Source of the DNA: Thermaerobacter marianensis
Lineage (GTDB): Bacteria > Bacillota > Sulfobacillia > DVGY01
Direction: 5' to 3'
Assembly: GCA_020724425.1 (NCBI GenBank)
Contig: DYGY01000001.1
Location: 89,501-153,500 of the forward strand
Length of the DNA: 64,000 bases
Shown here: positions 46,844-56,457 of the stretch, in pieces
How the letters are laid out: the number at the start of each line of letters is the position of its first letter
Position numbering within the stretch: the stretch's first letter is position 1
The notes under the pieces: model-generated
Databases searched by the model: none
Seen by the model: the letters and a program-made list of their open reading frames with translations, nothing else
What the model was told of the DNA's origin: nothing
Position numbers and translations under genes: made by a program

Positions 46844-47194
46844 ATGCTAGATAAGGTTATTCGGATAGGTAAGCTTTTTGATTTATATGGCCCCCTGTTA
46901 ACAGATAAGCAACGCTCTCTAGTTGAACTATACTATCATCAGGATCTCTCTTTAGCAGAAATCGCTGAGTTAGAGGGAGTTAGCAGACAGGCTGTTTATG
47001 ACACTATAAAGAGAGCAGCCTCATATTTAGAGGATATGGAAGATAAGCTTGGACTGATGAAAGAGCTAGAAAGCATGGATAAAAGGCTTAGAGAAATTGC
47101 TCAGAGTCTTTTGGAGATTGAAAATATGGTTGCTGATGATATTAAATCAGAGTTAACTAAGGTTACTTTAATGGTGAAGCAATTGCGCCAGTAA
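46844..47194 (+). CDS. ylxM: YlxM (UPF0122) putative DNA-binding protein upstream of ffh
   Basis: ATG 5 nt after GGGAGGG. LSLAEIAELEGVSRQAVYDTIKRA HTH. The ORF-track N-terminal extension was rejected. Confidence 0.8.
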   Translation: MLDKVIRIGKLFDLYGPLLTDKQRSLVELYYHQDLSLAEIAELEGVSRQAVYDTIKRAASYLEDMEDKLGLMKELESMDKRLREIAQSLLEIENMVADDIKSELTKVTLMVKQLRQ

Positions 47195-47216
47195 ACCTCA
47201 GTGGGAGAGGATTCTT

Positions 47217-48560
47217 GTGGCTTTTGAAAGTTTAGCAGAAAAACTACAAAGTGGACTAAATAGATTAAAAGGTAAGGGTAAGCTGACTGAAAAGGATGTC
47301 CGTGAGGCCATGCGAGAAGTCAAGCTAGCCTTGTTGGAAGCCGATGTTAACTATAAGGTTGTAAAGGACTTTGTTAACAGGGTAACTGAACGAGCTGTCG
47401 GCTCTGAGGTGATGGAGAGCCTTACCCCCGGACAACAGGTAGTCAAGATTGTTAATGAAGAATTGACTGCTTTAATGGGTGGTGGTCAGAGCAAGCTTAT
47501 TTATGCCGGTGAACCACCTACAGTATTCATGATGGTTGGTTTGCAGGGTTCTGGTAAGACTACTTCTTCTGGAAAGCTTGCCTATCAGTTAAAGAAACAG
47601 GGCAAAAAGCCCATGTTGGTTGCATTAGATATCTATCGTCCTGCTGCTATCAAGCAGTTGCAGGTGTTAGGTGAACAGATTGAGGTACCTGTTTTTGATA
47701 AGGGTACTCAAGATCCAGTTAAGACTGTTAAGAATATTAAACAGGAAGCTTTAAGATTAGGTTGTGATGTACTGATTCTTGATACTGCCGGACGTTTGCA
47801 TGTGGATGAAACACTGATGGCAGAACTAGAGAACATTAAGAGTATTGTAAAGCCTAATGAGATTTTGCTTGTTCTTGATTCGATGACTGGTCAGGATGCT
47901 GTTCAGGTTGCTGAATCTTTTGATAACAAGTTAGGTATCACCGGTATTGTTCTAACCAAGCTTGATAGTGATTCCCGTGGTGGTGCAGCTTTATCTGTTA
48001 AAGCGGTTACGGGTAAGCCAATTAAATATGCAGGTATGGGTGAGAAGATAGATAATCTTGAACCCTTTTACCCGGATAGAATGGCTTCAAGAATCCTTGG
48101 TATGGGTGATGTCCTAACCTTTATTGATAAGGCTCAGGAAGCTATTGATACCAAGAAAGCTAAAGAGTTTGAAAAGAAGATGAGAACCCAGACTTTCACT
48201 CTTGATGACTTTAAAGAGCAATTAGGTCAGTTAAGGAATATGGGTCCAATAGATCAGCTCTTTGGTATGATTCCGGGAATGAATAGCAAGGCTTTAAAGG
48301 GGCTAAGTATTGATGAGAAGGATCTAGTTCGGGTGGAAGCAATAATTGATTCAATGACACCTAAGGAAAGACAGAATCCTTCAATAATCAATGGTAGTCG
48401 CCGGAAGAGAATTGCTATGGGTAGTGGAACAAAGGTCCAGGATGTAAATAAGCTCTTAAAGCAGTTTTTTGATACCCAGAAGATGATGAAACAGTTTTCT
48501 GGTGGGGGTAAGAAGGGAAAGAAAAAGGGTAAGTTTGATATGTCATCTTTCCTCAGATAA
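47217..48560 (+). CDS. ffh: signal recognition particle protein
   Basis: N, G and M domains. GLQGSGKTT. A C-terminal Met/Gly/Lys-rich M domain. Confidence 0.9.
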   Translation: MAFESLAEKLQSGLNRLKGKGKLTEKDVREAMREVKLALLEADVNYKVVKDFVNRVTERAVGSEVMESLTPGQQVVKIVNEELTALMGGGQSKLIYAGEPPTVFMMVGLQGSGKTTSSGKLAYQLKKQGKKPMLVALDIYRPAAIKQLQVLGEQIEVPVFDKGTQDPVKTVKNIKQEALRLGCDVLILDTAGRLHVDETLMAELENIKSIVKPNEILLVLDSMTGQDAVQVAESFDNKLGITGIVLTKLDSDSRGGAALSVKAVTGKPIKYAGMGEKIDNLEPFYPDRMASRILGMGDVLTFIDKAQEAIDTKKAKEFEKKMRTQTFTLDDFKEQLGQLRNMGPIDQLFGMIPGMNSKALKGLSIDEKDLVRVEAIIDSMTPKERQNPSIINGSRRKRIAMGSGTKVQDVNKLLKQFFDTQKMMKQFSGGGKKGKKKGKFDMSSFLR

Positions 48561-48603
48561 TGAGGACTAATATATTAGTATGAATTAAGGAGAGTGAACA
48601 AGA

Positions 48604-48846
48604 ATGGCGGTACGTATTCGTCTAAAAAGGATGGGTGCCAAAAAGGATCCTTTCTACCGTGTTGTTGTTGCTGATTCACGGTCACCAAGAGATGGTCGCT
48701 TCATTGAAGAGATAGGATACTATAACCCTACAACAAGACCTGAGACTATCAACATTGAAAAAGATAAGGCTCTGGAATGGTTGCAGAAGGGTGCTCAACC
48801 TTCTGAGACAGTAAAAACGCTCTTTAAGCGTAATGGTATTCTCTAG
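48604..48846 (+). CDS. rpsP: 30S ribosomal protein S16
   Basis: [35 protein letters not shown]. Confidence 0.95.
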   Translation: MAVRIRLKRMGAKKDPFYRVVVADSRSPRDGRFIEEIGYYNPTTRPETINIEKDKALEWLQKGAQPSETVKTLFKRNGIL

Positions 48847-48879
48847 AGAAGTGTTGCTTCTGTGAAGGAGGAGAATTAG

Positions 48880-49110
48880 ATGCGAGAGTTAGTTGAGTAT
48901 TTGGCAAAATCTCTGGTTGATCAACCTGAGGCTGTTGAAGTTAGTGAAGTCTCTGGGGAAAGGTCAGTAGTATTAGAGATAAAGGTTGCACCTGATGATA
49001 TGGGTAAGATTATTGGTAAGCATGGCCGTATTGTTAAGGCCATCAGGACTGTAGCTAAAGCTGCAGCAACCAAGGAAGGCAAAAGAGTCGAAGTGGAGAT
49101 TATTGAATAG
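48880..49110 (+). CDS. KH-domain RNA-binding protein (YlqC-like)
   Basis: GKIIGKHGRIVKAIRTV KH motif. Conserved position between rpsP and rimM. Confidence 0.8.
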   Translation: MRELVEYLAKSLVDQPEAVEVSEVSGERSVVLEIKVAPDDMGKIIGKHGRIVKAIRTVAKAAATKEGKRVEVEIIE

Positions 49111-49619
49111 TGAAACGATTAGTTATCATTGGTAGAGTAACTGCACCACATGGTATCAAAGGGGAAGTTAGAGTGCAACCACTGACTGATTTTCCTGAGA
49201 GGTATACCAGGGGCTTAAGAGTTATGACCGATGAGAATCCGTCGAGATCTCTTGTAGTTGAAACGGCTCGTAGTCATAAACAGTATATACTTGTGCAGTT
49301 TGAAGGTTTAGCTGACCGCAATGAGGTGGAAGCTTTAAGAGGTATTCTGCTTCAGATTCCTGAAGAAGAGACTATGCCTTTACCTGAGGGTAGATATTAT
49401 ATATATCAACTCATTGGCCTAAAGGTAGCCTTAGTAGATGGAACTGAGGTTGGCAGTCTTGCAGAAGTTTTGAGTCCGGGTCCTCATGATGTCTATGTTA
49501 TCAAGAAACTTGATGGAAAATTGGCCTACATTCCAGCAGTTAAAGAATTCATCAAGGAGATAAACATAGATAAGGGGATAATGGTGATTGATCCAATTCC
49601 GGGTATGCTAGATGAGTAG
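49110..49619 (+). CDS. rimM: 16S rRNA processing protein RimM
   Basis: IGRVTAPHGIKGEVRV N-terminus and a PRC barrel. Confidence 0.9.
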   Translation: MKRLVIIGRVTAPHGIKGEVRVQPLTDFPERYTRGLRVMTDENPSRSLVVETARSHKQYILVQFEGLADRNEVEALRGILLQIPEEETMPLPEGRYYIYQLIGLKVALVDGTEVGSLAEVLSPGPHDVYVIKKLDGKLAYIPAVKEFIKEINIDKGIMVIDPIPGMLDE

Positions 49620-49628
49620 GTGTAGTTA

Positions 49629-50348
49629 ATGAGAATCGATATTCTAACATTGTTTCCTTCGATGTTTGTCGGTCCCTTTGATACTAGTATGTTAAAGAAG
49701 GCTAAGGATAATTTGCTGGTCGAGATTTATGTACATGATATTAGGGAGTATACCTTTGATAAGCATCGTGTGGTTGATGACTACCCCTATGGTGGTGGAC
49801 CAGGAATGGTCATGAAGGCTGAACCCATCTATACTGCAATAGGAGATATTAAGAAGGATTTAAGGACTAAAGTTGTCCTAACTACTCCTCAGGGGAGAGT
49901 ATATAATCAGGAATTGGCCTGGGAGCTTGCTAGAACAGAGCAGTTAATCATCATAGCCGGTCATTATGAAGGTGTTGATGAAAGAGTAACTGAACTGGTG
50001 GATGAAGAGATATCTATCGGTGATTATGTATTAACCGGTGGAGAGATTCCAGCTATGGTTCTGGTAGATTCTGTTGTTAGACTCCTACCCGGTGTTTTAG
50101 GTGGAGAAGAGGCTGCAGAGGATGATTCTTTTGCAACTGGTCTTTTAGAGGGTCCACAGTATACTCGTCCGGAAGTTTTTGAAGGTATGAGTGTACCTGA
50201 GGTTCTGTTATCGGGACATCATGCAAATATTGCTCGCTGGCGTAGAGAACAGGCATTAAGAAGAACCAAGGAACGTCGGCCTGATCTTTTAGAAAAAGCG
50301 ATTCTTAGCCAGCAGGACATTGATTTTCTAAAGAAACTAGAGGATTAA
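49629..50348 (+). CDS. trmD: tRNA (guanine37-N1)-methyltransferase
   Basis: [10 protein letters not shown] and a SPOUT knot with GGGPGMV. Confidence 0.9.
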   Translation: MRIDILTLFPSMFVGPFDTSMLKKAKDNLLVEIYVHDIREYTFDKHRVVDDYPYGGGPGMVMKAEPIYTAIGDIKKDLRTKVVLTTPQGRVYNQELAWELARTEQLIIIAGHYEGVDERVTELVDEEISIGDYVLTGGEIPAMVLVDSVVRLLPGVLGGEEAAEDDSFATGLLEGPQYTRPEVFEGMSVPEVLLSGHHANIARWRREQALRRTKERRPDLLEKAILSQQDIDFLKKLED

Positions 50349-50377
50349 TTGTTTTAAGTATTTCCCTATGCTATAAT
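50349..50377 (+). promoter_or_regulatory. sigma-A promoter TTGTTT-17-TGcTATAAT (extended -10) for rplS
   Basis: Starts directly after the trmD stop. ~22-nt leader to the rplS ATG. Confidence 0.5.
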
Positions 50378-50405
50378 ATCTTGAGCAAAGAAGGGGGTAT
50401 AACCC

Positions 50406-50750
50406 ATGGACTTGGTAAAAGTCATTGAAAGTGAACAGCTGAAAACTGATATTGCCGATTTTGGACCTGGTGATACTGTCAGAGTTCATGTAATCGTTAA
50501 AGAAGGTAACCGTGAACGTATTCAGGTATTTGAAGGTGTAGTTATCGCCAGACAGGGTAGTGGGGTTAACGAGACCTTTAAGGTTCGCCGTATTTCCTAC
50601 AATGTTGGTGTGGAAAGAACCTTTATGTTGCATTCACCTAAGATTGCAAAGATTGAGAGAGTTCGTCAGGGTAGGGTACGTAGAGCCAAGCTGTATTATC
50701 TACGTGGACTACGTGGTAAAGCTGCTAAGATCAAAGAAGTGCAGCGCTAG
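50406..50750 (+). CDS. rplS: 50S ribosomal protein L19
   Basis: Canonical L19 sequence. AAGGGGG RBS. Confidence 0.95.
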   Translation: MDLVKVIESEQLKTDIADFGPGDTVRVHVIVKEGNRERIQVFEGVVIARQGSGVNETFKVRRISYNVGVERTFMLHSPKIAKIERVRQGRVRRAKLYYLRGLRGKAAKIKEVQR

Positions 50751-50758
50751 TTCCGAAG

Positions 50759-50786
50759 TAAAAGGGCTGCAGATGCAGTCCTTTTG
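50759..50786 (+). terminator. terminator after rplS
   Basis: AAAGGGCTGC-agat-GCAGTCCTTT (one G-U pair), then TGTG. Confidence 0.55.
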
Positions 50787-50809
50787 TGCTGGAAAGGCGG
50801 TAACAAACG

Positions 50810-51352
50810 ATGGGAGATTCATGGTTAAAGATCGTTTGGGAGACTGTTCAAACTATTGTAATTGCTTTGGTTTTAGCGATTTTGATAAAAAGCTTTGTGG
50901 TTGACTCCTTCCTTGTACAGGGACACTCAATGGAGCCGACTCTCCGCAATGGTGAACGTCTTCTAGTGAATAAATTCCTGTATCGGTTCAAGGTTCCGGA
51001 ATTAGGAGATATTGTGGTTTTTGAATATCCCAAGGATCCAGAACGGGACTTTATTAAGCGTGTCATTGGTCGAGAAGGAGATACAATCGAAATCATAGAT
51101 GGTTATGTCTATGTAAATGGAAGTCTTTTAGAAGAATCATATCTTGTCAATCGGGGTAGGGATAACTTTGGTCCGGTTTTAGTGCCACCAGGGCAACTAT
51201 TTGTCCTTGGGGATAATAGGACTAATAGTGATGATTCTCGCTATTTTGGTTTTGTTCCTGCAGAGAACCTGGTTGGTCAGGCCATGGTTGTATACTGGCC
51301 AATTAGTAATCTGAGAGTATTCCAGAATGGGCCAGAATTAGCTGCACCATAA
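50810..51352 (+). CDS. lepB: signal peptidase I
   Basis: SMEPTL (catalytic Ser) ... KRVIG ... GDNRTNSDDSRYFG boxes. Confidence 0.9.
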   Translation: MGDSWLKIVWETVQTIVIALVLAILIKSFVVDSFLVQGHSMEPTLRNGERLLVNKFLYRFKVPELGDIVVFEYPKDPERDFIKRVIGREGDTIEIIDGYVYVNGSLLEESYLVNRGRDNFGPVLVPPGQLFVLGDNRTNSDDSRYFGFVPAENLVGQAMVVYWPISNLRVFQNGPELAAP

Positions 51353-51366
51353 TCGAGATGGAGTTT

Positions 51367-51392
51367 GGGGGCCTAAGGGCCCCTATTTAGTT
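51367..51392 (+). terminator. GC-rich hairpin / terminator after lepB
   Basis: GGGGCC-taag-GGCCCC then TATTTAGTT. Confidence 0.4.
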
Positions 51393-51407
51393 AAGGGAGG
51401 TTTTTTA

Positions 51408-52256
51408 GTGAAGGGTCATATGGCAAAAATGCACCCAATTATCCGTTCATATTTGCCGGTGGTAGATCTGGTTATTGAAGTAACGGATGCCCGTGCTCCC
51501 TGGTCTGGTAGGAATATGCAGTTACGCAAGTTAATTGGTCAGAAAAAACATATTCTTGTGCTTAATAAGGCGGATTTGGCCCAAGTGCAGACAACAGAGG
51601 CCTGGCTTAAGTTCTTTAAGCAAAAGGATACAGAAGTGCTGGCAGTTAACAGTCAGAATAAGGGGGATATTCGTAAACTTCAGGAATTGGCTCTTTCCTT
51701 AAAGCCTGTTAGACCTTCCTTTGAACGGCTGGGATTAAAGCAGCCTTTTAGAGTTATGGTCGTAGGGATACCCAATGTTGGCAAAAGTACTTTGATAAAT
51801 AGGTTAGTGGGTGGTTCAAGAGCCAAGACCGGAGCGAGACCAGGTATAACTAGAGGAGAACAGTGGATCAAAAGTGGGAGGGATTGGGAACTTTTAGATA
51901 CTCCCGGTATTTTGCAGCCAAGCTGGAGCAACAGGGAAGTATTAAGCAAGTTAATACTAATCGATGCTGTTGATTCTTCGGAGCTTTCTGTAGAAGAGAT
52001 GGTTGAATACCTATTAGAGAGGCTCATGATTAAAATACCCGGCCAGATTACTGACACTTACGGTGTTATAGAGAGCGAATTAGAAACTATTCTGACTGAG
52101 ATTGGCAAACAAAAGGGAGCCCTAGCTTCTGGGGGTAGTGTTGATTTAAACAAGGTTAGTACCTTAATATTAAAAGACTACCGTAATGGTAAATTAGGAT
52201 ACTTTAGTCTTGAAGAACCAGAGGATGCTTTAACAAAGGGGAAAAGTGATGTCTAA
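51408..52256 (+). CDS. rbgA: ribosome biogenesis GTPase A (YlqF)
   Basis: GTG after AAGGGAGG. The KGHMAK N-terminus (cf. FPGHMAKA) and circularly permuted GTPase motifs (NKADL ... GIPNVGKST). Confidence 0.9.
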   Translation: MKGHMAKMHPIIRSYLPVVDLVIEVTDARAPWSGRNMQLRKLIGQKKHILVLNKADLAQVQTTEAWLKFFKQKDTEVLAVNSQNKGDIRKLQELALSLKPVRPSFERLGLKQPFRVMVVGIPNVGKSTLINRLVGGSRAKTGARPGITRGEQWIKSGRDWELLDTPGILQPSWSNREVLSKLILIDAVDSSELSVEEMVEYLLERLMIKIPGQITDTYGVIESELETILTEIGKQKGALASGGSVDLNKVSTLILKDYRNGKLGYFSLEEPEDALTKGKSDV

Positions 52257-53004
52257 GAGTATTACAGAGATAGATGCATATACAAAAGCCCTATGGCAAA
52301 AACAAGATCTACAAAAGCTAAAAGATCTACTAGATAATCTGGCTAGCGATCAAAGGGTTGGCATTCAGAAGCTACATAGGAGATATCAGAAGAAACTAGA
52401 AGAGTATGAGCAATACTGGAAGCTCTTTAGCCATGAAATAGAGATTTGGGATAAAGGATTTAGTTATGTAGCTGGAGTAGATGAAGCAGGTAGGGGTCCT
52501 GTAGCAGGGCCAGTGGTTGCTGCAGCAGTTGTTCTTAATAGGGATATATACATACCTGGATTAAAGGACTCAAAAAAGCTCTCTGCCAACAAGAGAGAAG
52601 AAATTGCGGAGACTATTAAGAAAAAGGCTGTAAGTTATAGTGTTTCTTCAGTCTCAGCTGAGATAATTGATAAGATAAATATCCTAAGGGCTAATCATCA
52701 GGCAATGGCAGAGGCAGTTCTAGGTCTTGCAAAGGTAGATTATGCCCTAATTGATGGTCAGTTAACTGTATCACAACTAAATATTCCTCAAAGCGCTATA
52801 ATTAAAGGTGATAATCTGAGCAATAGTGTGGCTGCCGCTTCTGTCTTAGCAAAGGTTGCTAGAGACACAATGATGGTTCAGTATGACAAAGAGTATCCAG
52901 AGTATGGTTTTGCAGTTAACAAGGGATACTTGACTAAAGAGCATCAGGAGGCACTGAAAACTCATGGGCCTTCACCAATACACAGAAAAAGCTTTTCATT
53001 CTAG
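52246..53004 (+). CDS. rnhB: ribonuclease HII
   Basis: VAGVDEAGRGP catalytic motif. Overlaps rbgA by 11 nt. Confidence 0.9.
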   Translation: MMSKSITEIDAYTKALWQKQDLQKLKDLLDNLASDQRVGIQKLHRRYQKKLEEYEQYWKLFSHEIEIWDKGFSYVAGVDEAGRGPVAGPVVAAAVVLNRDIYIPGLKDSKKLSANKREEIAETIKKKAVSYSVSSVSAEIIDKINILRANHQAMAEAVLGLAKVDYALIDGQLTVSQLNIPQSAIIKGDNLSNSVAAASVLAKVARDTMMVQYDKEYPEYGFAVNKGYLTKEHQEALKTHGPSPIHRKSFSF

Positions 53005-53017
53005 GGAGGTAGTGTAG

Positions 53018-53395
53018 ATGAGTAAAGTAGCTATACCGGCATTAGGACAGGATCTTCTGGCAAAGTATTCACCAAGTGTAGGACATTCACCATATCTTCT
53101 GTATGTGGATTCAGAGACAAAGGCCTATGAAGTGAAGGATAATCCCGGCTATTCAGCAGAATCCCATGCAGGTATGGTCGCTGCCAAAGCTATTTGGGAA
53201 GATGGTGCAGAGGTAGTTTTAGGTCATCAGTTTGGTCCTCATCCGGCAGAGTTCTTTGAGAAAAAAGGCATTGAGGTCTATACAGTCACCCTGACAGGAA
53301 CAGTAGAAGAAATACTAAATGCTTATTTGAATAACAAGTTTCACAAATTAACCACAGAAGATACCGCTAATCATCAGTGTGGTCATCATCATTAA
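53018..53395 (+). CDS. NifB/NifX/NafY-family (dinitrogenase FeMo-cofactor-binding fold) small protein with a His-rich C-terminus
   Basis: IAIPALGQD...GHSPYLLYVD...ESHAGMVAAKAIWEDGAEVVLGHQFGPHPAEFFEKKGIEVY is the PF02579 pattern. Ends in CGHHH. Confidence 0.6.
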   Translation: MSKVAIPALGQDLLAKYSPSVGHSPYLLYVDSETKAYEVKDNPGYSAESHAGMVAAKAIWEDGAEVVLGHQFGPHPAEFFEKKGIEVYTVTLTGTVEEILNAYLNNKFHKLTTEDTANHQCGHHH

Positions 53396-53424
53396 TTGAC
53401 AGTATCTCTAGTGATGGTTAAAAT
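53396..53424 (+). promoter_or_regulatory. sigma-A promoter TTGACA-17-TAAAAT for the tetR-ubiD-ubiA-ubiX-ABC operon
   Basis: Consensus -35, good -10, 30 nt upstream of the tetR ATG. Confidence 0.6.
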
Positions 53425-53437
53425 GAATATGTATTCA
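53424..53437 (+). promoter_or_regulatory. 14-bp perfect palindrome TGAATATGTATTCA overlapping -10/+1 (candidate TetR operator)
   Basis: Inverted repeat TGAATA-tg-TATTCA at a classic autoregulatory operator position. Confidence 0.45.
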
Positions 53438-53453
53438 GTTTTGAGGTGGGTAG

Positions 53454-54101
53454 ATGGCATATCAACGGACAGAGCGTGTTGTTGAAAGGTTGCAGAGCAA
53501 TGAACAGGCTCTATTAACTGCTGCTCAAGAGCTTTTTGCCAAACAGGGGTATCATGGTACAACAATTAAGCAGATTGCTAACAGAGCTGGTTTTGCTGTA
53601 GGTACTTTCTATTTGTATTTTGAAAACAAGGAAGAGCTCTTTATTCGGCTCTTGAATGAACTTTTTAACAGACTGATTGAAGAGGTTAGAGAGAGTCGGC
53701 AGGGTAAGGTTGACCCTATTGCCAAGTTAACTGCTTCCATGGATAAAGCTGTAGAGATTTTTGCACAAGAAGAAGAACTATCAAGAATTCTCCTTTTACA
53801 AAGCACAGGCGCTAATGCTCGTTTCTCTGAAAGGCTAGCAGAACTTCATGGAGCTCTAGCTATTTTGGTTAAGGAGGATCTCTCTGAGGCATTAGATATG
53901 GGTATCATTGATATGGATAAAGAGTCTCTTTCGACAGCTGCCAAGGCTCTTGTGGGTACTTTCTATGAGAATATCCTTGGTTGGTTAAGGGGTAGAGAGC
54001 CGGAATCATTGATAGATATCCTGCCAATATTGACTCGATATAACTTGAGAGGTCTAGGAATATCGAACCCAGATAAATACTTATCTTTAGGAGGAAATTA
54101 A
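53454..54101 (+). CDS. TetR/AcrR-family transcriptional regulator
   Basis: HTH GYHGTTIKQIANRAGFAVGTFYLYFENKEEL. Stop overlaps the ubiD start. Confidence 0.85.
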   Translation: MAYQRTERVVERLQSNEQALLTAAQELFAKQGYHGTTIKQIANRAGFAVGTFYLYFENKEELFIRLLNELFNRLIEEVRESRQGKVDPIAKLTASMDKAVEIFAQEEELSRILLLQSTGANARFSERLAELHGALAILVKEDLSEALDMGIIDMDKESLSTAAKALVGTFYENILGWLRGREPESLIDILPILTRYNLRGLGISNPDKYLSLGGN

Positions 54102-55555
54102 TGGCCTACGAAAATCTAAGAGAATTTTTAACTGATATTGAAAACAAGGGTGAACTAAGACGGATAGCTGCTCCTGTTTCGTCTGATTTGGAAATTACTG
54201 AAATTGCCGATAGGGTGGTAAAGGCTGGGGGTCCCACACTTCTTTTTGAAAATGTGGATGGTGGAGATATCCCTGTCGCTATTGGTCTTTTTGGTACAAG
54301 AGAGAGAACTGCAATGGCTTTAGGAGTTGAGGAGCTTGATGAACTGAGCCTTGCCATGCAGGATCTTTTGGATCTGACCAAGACTAAAGCTGTTAGTTTT
54401 ATGGACAAGTTATCTGTTCTACCAAAACTAGCCCAGTTAGCTTCCTTTCCACCTAAAATGGTGAAAAAGGCGCCTGTGCAAGAAGTAGTCTTGACAGGAG
54501 ATGAAGTTGATCTTACTAAGATACCGGTACTTAGAACCTGGCCTTTAGATGCAGGTCCCTTCGTTACTCTGCCCATGGTAATCACCAAGGATCCTGAAAC
54601 TGGTGAACGTAACATGGGCATGTATCGGATGCAGGTTTATGATAAGAACACTACAGCCATGCACTGGCATAGACACAAGACAGGTGCTAGACATCTAGAA
54701 AAAGCCAAGCAAATGGGTAAAAAGCTTGAAGTAGCGGTAGCTTTAGGTGGAGATCCCGCTACCATCTATTCTGCCTCTGCCCCATTGCCAGATGGAATAG
54801 ATGAGTTTCTTTTTGCTGGATTCCTTAGGAAAAAGGGAGTTAACCTGATTAAAGGTAAAACAGTTGATCTGGAAGTACCGGCTGAAGCTGAGATAATTAT
54901 TGAAGGTTATATTGATCCAGAGGAGCCCTGGAGGAGAGAAGGTCCTTTTGGTGACCATACAGGCTTCTATTCTTTAGCTGATGATTATCCAGTCTTACAC
55001 GTGACCGCCATTACTAGAAGGCAAGATGCCATATACCCCGCCACTATCGTTGGTAAGCCGATTATGGAGGATTTCTGGTTAGGACAGGCAACTGAGCGTT
55101 TGTTCCTGCCTCTTTTTAGAATGATTTTGCCAGAGGTGGTTGACTACCATATGCCAGCCGCAGGTGTTTTCCATAACCTTGTCTTTGTATCTATTGACAA
55201 GAAGTATCCGGGTCATGCATTTAAGGTAGGTAGTGGGATGTTAGGCATGGGACTTATGATGCTAGGTAAGGTAATTGTGGTTGTTGATGCTGATGTCAAT
55301 GTTTCCGACCCTGAAGAGGTCTGGTGGGTAGCATTAAATAACATTGACCCTGAAAGAGATGCCCGCTTTATGCCAGGACCATTAGATGTTCTTGACCATG
55401 CTTCAAGGGAGTTTACCTATGGCACCAAGATGATAATAGATGGTACCAAGAAATGGCCAGAGGAAGGCTTTACCCGTGAATGGCCAGAAAAAATTAATAT
55501 GAGCCAGGAAATTAAGGATCTTGTTAATAAGCGCTGGCAGGAGTATGGGATCTAA
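54101..55555 (+). CDS. ubiD: UbiD-family (prenylated-FMN-dependent) aromatic acid decarboxylase
   Basis: 484 aa with conserved UbiD N-terminal and central motifs. Tight operon with ubiA and ubiX. Confidence 0.8.
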   Translation: MAYENLREFLTDIENKGELRRIAAPVSSDLEITEIADRVVKAGGPTLLFENVDGGDIPVAIGLFGTRERTAMALGVEELDELSLAMQDLLDLTKTKAVSFMDKLSVLPKLAQLASFPPKMVKKAPVQEVVLTGDEVDLTKIPVLRTWPLDAGPFVTLPMVITKDPETGERNMGMYRMQVYDKNTTAMHWHRHKTGARHLEKAKQMGKKLEVAVALGGDPATIYSASAPLPDGIDEFLFAGFLRKKGVNLIKGKTVDLEVPAEAEIIIEGYIDPEEPWRREGPFGDHTGFYSLADDYPVLHVTAITRRQDAIYPATIVGKPIMEDFWLGQATERLFLPLFRMILPEVVDYHMPAAGVFHNLVFVSIDKKYPGHAFKVGSGMLGMGLMMLGKVIVVVDADVNVSDPEEVWWVALNNIDPERDARFMPGPLDVLDHASREFTYGTKMIIDGTKKWPEEGFTREWPEKINMSQEIKDLVNKRWQEYGI

Positions 55556-55569
55556 CTGGGGGTTTATAA

Positions 55570-56442
55570 ATGCAAAGAGTAACTAGCTGGCTTAACCGGT
55601 TAGGTTTGTTAGGTGAACTGGTCAAGTTTGAGCATACCATTTTTGCATTGCCATTTGCCTATGCTGGAGCATTTCTGGGTGCAAGAGGTATGCCTACATG
55701 GACTGAACTTATTCTAATTACCCTGGCTATGGTAGGTGCTAGGACTTCTGCCATGGGTTTTAATAGACTAATTGACAAACAGATAGATGCTAAGAATCCA
55801 CGAACAAAGGATAGACCGTTGGCTAAGGGAGTGGTATCAGATTTTAGTGTTCTTTCCATCTCTATTGGGGGGTTAATCCTTTTAGGTGTTTCTGCTTGGT
55901 TGCTTAATCCGGTAGCGGCTCTTTTTCTGCCACTGGTGATTCCGATTCTGGTTATCTATCCATATACCAAGAGATTCACCTGGCTCTGCCACTATTGGTT
56001 AGGTTTGGCACAGTTTTTTGCACCCTTTGGTGGTTGGATAGCAGTGACTGGTCAGGTTGAGCTAGGTGCCATAATTCTTGGCTTAATTGTAGGTCTTTGG
56101 ATTGCTGGCTTTGATATTATCTACGCTACCCAGGACTTTGAGTTTGATCGGCAAGAGAAATTGCATTCTGTTCCCGCTAATTTTGGTCTGGAAAGGGCCT
56201 TAAATCTGGCTAGGTTGACTCATGTGGTAGTGATATTTCTTTTAGTGGTGTTCCATGTGGGTAATAATATGGGCCTTGCTTTCCTGATAGGTATAATCAT
56301 TGCAGCTCTAATGCTTATCTATGAACACTCATTAGTCTCTGCAGAAGACCTATCTAGGGTGAATGTGGCCTTTTTCAACGTCAATGCCATGATTAGCATT
56401 GTTCTCTTTGTGGCAGTGGTGCTAGATTTGTTTGTGCTTTAA
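55570..56442 (+). CDS. ubiA: UbiA-family aromatic prenyltransferase (4-hydroxybenzoate polyprenyltransferase-like)
   Basis: FNRLIDKQIDAKNPRTKDRP (NxxxDxxxD) and a second Asp-rich motif (DIIYATQDFEFD). 8-9 TM helices. Confidence 0.8.
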   Translation: MQRVTSWLNRLGLLGELVKFEHTIFALPFAYAGAFLGARGMPTWTELILITLAMVGARTSAMGFNRLIDKQIDAKNPRTKDRPLAKGVVSDFSVLSISIGGLILLGVSAWLLNPVAALFLPLVIPILVIYPYTKRFTWLCHYWLGLAQFFAPFGGWIAVTGQVELGAIILGLIVGLWIAGFDIIYATQDFEFDRQEKLHSVPANFGLERALNLARLTHVVVIFLLVVFHVGNNMGLAFLIGIIIAALMLIYEHSLVSAEDLSRVNVAFFNVNAMISIVLFVAVVLDLFVL

Positions 56443-56457
56443 GAAAGGGGTTTTCTC

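Noticed and set aside
46820-46850. TTGACA inside the ftsY-ylxM hairpin as a promoter -35.
   Set aside because: The matching -10 (TATGCT) would sit on the ylxM start codon, giving a transcript without RBS or start.
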